DNA of 64,000 nucleotides from Novakomyces olei (lineage: Eukaryota). Within the stretch, counting starts at the first letter, position 1. Every line of letters starts with the position of its first letter. The DNA lies in the NCBI GenBank assembly GCA_016906335.1, contig JADEYG010000002.1:806001-870000 (forward strand), in the 5' to 3' direction. The notes beneath the pieces are model-generated. The model was not told where the DNA came from. It made no database searches and was given only the letters and a program-made list of their open reading frames with translations. Positions 61,901 to 64,000 of this stretch are shown here, one piece after another. Made by a program: the position numbers and the translations under genes.

Positions 61901-62088
61901 ACAAGGACGATGCGGTTGAAAAGTCAGACGGGCAAATTGGCAAAACTCGCAAGTTCCCACGCAAAAAGAAGCTGACAAAGAACCAGCTCAAGGAGCGTGA
62001 TGCCCGCCGACGCCTAAGGCATATTGAATGGCTGTCGTCCGCACCGGGCACACCGCGTCCCGTTGATACGGACGACGAGGAGGAGTAG
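58927..62088 (+). CDS. NEW1: eEF3-like ABC-F ATPase New1/Elf1 (HEAT, two ABC domains, chromodomain insert)
   Basis: GPNGAGKST, LSGGWKMKL, GANGAGKST, YEVKW chromo insert and LSGGQKVK. The C-terminus RRLRHIEWLSS.PGTP.PVDTDDEE is New1-type rather than Yef3-type. Confidence 0.9.
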   Translation: MTVQVDELAEQLSRVCAADTSDASLETARKLAEQIKSQHRAGLDALVRGKPDDIATTLVKDIKHRSSGYHREGALIAVYALADILDAPFDCVALKFPSPTIFNAVLDAFNDKGAVVKDAARMALKRIVEICSPYAAGRFVVNALLSYLSTSAKWPCKVAALDTLATLATSAPDQIARRLTEIIPVVTECMHDTKQEVSSAAVRSMTEVCQVITNLDIIPFIPQLVKCMEDPTTVAAAMRGLSHVTFVAEVNAPVLAVMTPLLVRALNERSQQVQRQTAIVVDNLCRLVRNPVDAKAFLGVLVPGVRRLKETASMPEIRALASRALQTLYDVGAESVAATPAESAVTTADVLKFLQQHVDLQGSTVGQQCVHYCSEILADMATVLDYSEREWKRTLTAYAQPWAATATAATEDLPSIVYHHFREDYRRRFNITDEDEEEDTGEKVVDVDFSLAYGGMMLLHQTNLTLRRGRRYGLCGPNGAGKSTLMRAIATGKVEGFPSLDEVNCVYVEHTLQGEEGDMPVVDFVAKDFVGRQSRERVQQVLEQVGFDTERQAQHVGSLSGGWKMKLELARAMIANVDILLLDEPTNHLDVANVKWLQDYLNSQSHITSVIVSHDSGFLDAVCTDVIHYERKKLKYYRGNLSEFVKAKPEAKSYYTLSATNTKFSFPNPGLLAGINSSSKAILRMRDVTFSYPGAAKPSLSNATCIITLASRVGIIGANGAGKSTLVKLLTGELIADTGKVEKHPNLRIGYVAQHSLHHVEQHLDLTPNQYIQWRFQHGEDREVTEKESRRMASDDLDIEVACPDGTRRRVEFIAGRQKLKKSFQYEVKWRDMIPKFNSWISRERLNELGLAKLVQKFDDFEASREGLGFRELSPPEIRRHLEEVGLDGDIADNNEIRGLSGGQKVKVVIAAALWAKPHLLVLDEPSNYLDRDALGGLAVAIRDWNGAVVMISHNEEFLTALCPERWYVENGRITSKGRFDLSTGAFEDETHKDDAVEKSDGQIGKTRKFPRKKKLTKNQLKERDARRRLRHIEWLSSAPGTPRPVDTDDEEE

Positions 62089-62453
62089 GCTCAAATGGTT
62101 AAACAGGTATAGACTTTTTTTCAAGGGTTTTTGGGTAGACTGGTTGTGTGTTTATATATTGCTTTTTTGACGTTGGAATCCCTTAGATTATACAGTGCGC
62201 TTGTTTCAGTTAATTAATACTTGGATTTTATCTTGTACTTGATTTGGATAGTAATTGATCCACGATCAAATTGATAATTAAATGGATTAAACAGCAATCT
62301 CCTGTTCCATGTCCGGTGTCATCGTCGTTCGCGTGACGTTTTACTCGTAATTTAGTAGCCAATTTACAGGTAGATGCTTTGCCTTGCTTTGTCTCAACGG
62401 GCCAAGACGACGGTTTCAAGATCAACCGCCTCCAGCGAACGCCAGATCTTTAT

Positions 62454-62859
62454 TCACCAGTAATTTCCTGCGGCCCGATCCTTTTTACGCTGATCATACC
62501 ATTGCTGCCGGCAATCTTTCACCGCCTGAGACTATTAGTACAGAGCAAATCTTATATTTCAAAGACAGTAATACAGTCGTCGTAAAGGAAAAACCATAAT
62601 TTTAAGACGATACCTGGAAAAAGTAAAAGCATTTCTCCTTTTCAAAATTGTGCCGTTCAAGACACCGAAAACTAGCCTTTGTGGCCTCCTTGCAAGGATC
62701 GTAGTACTTTGACGGCTCTTTTTTGCGGAAAGTCTCCGCCACTTCTGGCCGTGTTACGTCTGGTCCATGGTATTGATTCTTCTCCCGCAGGTGACCGTGC
62801 GCCCGCTGGAGATACTCGGCAGATCCCTCCGCCTCCGCTCTTTGAGGTTCCTGCGCCAT
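62454..62859 (-). CDS. COX23: Twin-CX9C cytochrome c oxidase assembly factor; intron 62613-62526
   Basis: SKYYDPC-x9-C...C-x9-C, with the last Cys supplied by exon 2 (AVKDCRQQWYDQRKKDR). Confidence 0.9.
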
Positions 62860-63075
62860 ACTTTATCAAGTCATACAAGATTTGAGAATAGAATGCAATG
62901 AGCAAAAGCAATTTATGCCAATCGGCTTAACGTCACACGCAACAACGAGCCGGCTAATGCATCGCAGGCCGGCACTTGGATTAAGACTTATTAATGAATT
63001 ATCTATACAAATTGCTGAAATATTTTTGTTAAGATGGATTCTGTTTGACTTGCTAGTATTTATTGCAGTTGGCGC

Positions 63076-63113
63076 TAGGGTTGGTCAGGTAAATTAACCC
63101 TAACTAACCCTAA
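63076..63113. promoter_or_regulatory. AACCCTAACTAACCCTAA element (63096-63113) plus inverted degenerate copy (63076-63090) between divergent COX23 and the Cys-rich gene
   Basis: Exact copy preceded by TAGGGTTGGTCAGGT. Confidence 0.7.
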
Positions 63114-63322
63114 TATTAATTGAAATTTGCTCTGCTATAAGGTGGTCAGGATAACTAACTATATCCCAACAAGAATAACACGAGATACTGAGCAAATCCA
63201 TACTATGGGAATAGAAATAGTGTATATCCGTTGATGCATTACTGTGCTTTCGTTATGAATAATAAAGCATAAACCTTTTGGGCAATAAACTGTGAGGAGC
63301 GTGCAGAGTGCGATTGTGCATA

Positions 63323-63793
63323 ATGTTGCTTCCACGGACGGCACCGTGGCTGCTTTTGACGGTGTTTTTTATGTGTAAGACTTTGTTGGTGAGACCCGCA
63401 GGCTCTTACAATTTTCTTTAGCGACTAGAGCGGCAGCGGACCGGCCTCTGCAAATTTGCAGGTGCATTTGTTTTGGAAATAGTACGCTTTTCCCACTTGT
63501 TGAGCCTCATAATTTGGACTCGCCGTGCCAAGAGTGCACGCGTGATTTCTGCTCTCAGCAAGGCCATCCTTCGCTGCAAGGCTGTGCGAATGAGTCGTTC
63601 GGTGTCGGCTCACCAGACGATTTTGTTACTGAATGCTTTCGTACGTAAATCGTGATTTTAGTATGTCTAATCGGCAGAACGGGAAAGTATAAAGGAAAAC
63701 GTGACAATTCTAGCGTTTTTGGCTGTAGTGGGGTTCTTGTTGGCCTTTGCTACTCTTAAACAGGTGCTCCTGTGGGCACGACCTGTACGTTGA
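63323..63793 (+). CDS. Small secretory-pathway protein, 8 Cys, C-terminal TM helix (128 aa; exons 63323-63374, 63422-63640, 63678-63793)
   Basis: Two GT-AG introns (47 and 37 nt) join into MLLPRTAPWLLLTVFFMSTRAAADRPLQICRCICFGNST...CQECTRDFC...C...TECFQRESIKENVTILAFLAVVGFLLAFATLK. The frame closes exactly. Confidence 0.8.
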
Positions 63794-64000
63794 CGCAATT
63801 CTTATTGCACTACTATCCACAATTAAATCCTAAATGCTCTGCAAACATTAAATGGCCAAGAATTTTAATTCAGCTGCCGTTGTGTAACACTGTTTGTTTG
63901 ATATTTTGGCGCCAATCTCCGGACTAAGATTCTATTTAATCCGGTCGTGCTTTTCCGCAAACACCGTGAGCACGGCAAAAACAGAATAAAACAGCATGAC

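Overview
Gene-dense, intron-rich nuclear DNA from a yeast-like ascomycete (Taphrinomycotina-like or early-diverging Saccharomycotina; the species cannot be fixed from this sequence). It uses the standard code: CTG occurs at conserved Leu positions. I reconstructed about 28 protein-coding genes by hand-splicing, mostly housekeeping: RNH203, OPI3, PEP12-like syntaxin, CHERP-like CID protein, HRI1, BRE4-like transporter, YML020W-like, SEN34, epimerase-only GAL10, SUI2, CSN5, Hsp40, MSE1, SLC35F/EamA transporter, YPT7, RKR1/LTN1, PEX6, CCDC6-like, an EEP hydrolase, SIP5, GDT1, TRF4/cid14, CDC37, calmodulin, NEW1/elf1, COX23 and a small Cys-rich membrane protein absent from the ORF track. There is also one large, probably GPI-anchored adhesin with two tandem Flo11-like domains behind a ~2.9 kb intergenic region. 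I found no tRNA, rRNA, transposon or CRISPR array. The strongest unexplained signal is a telomere-like 17-mer, AACCCTAACTAACCCTA: 5 exact copies plus about 6 variants, all in promoter-side intergenic DNA. Other leads are a Ste12/TEA-like motif cluster upstream of the adhesin, frequent AAG splice acceptors, and an ATG split by an intron in RKR1. All family calls are from recalled motifs, not database searches.
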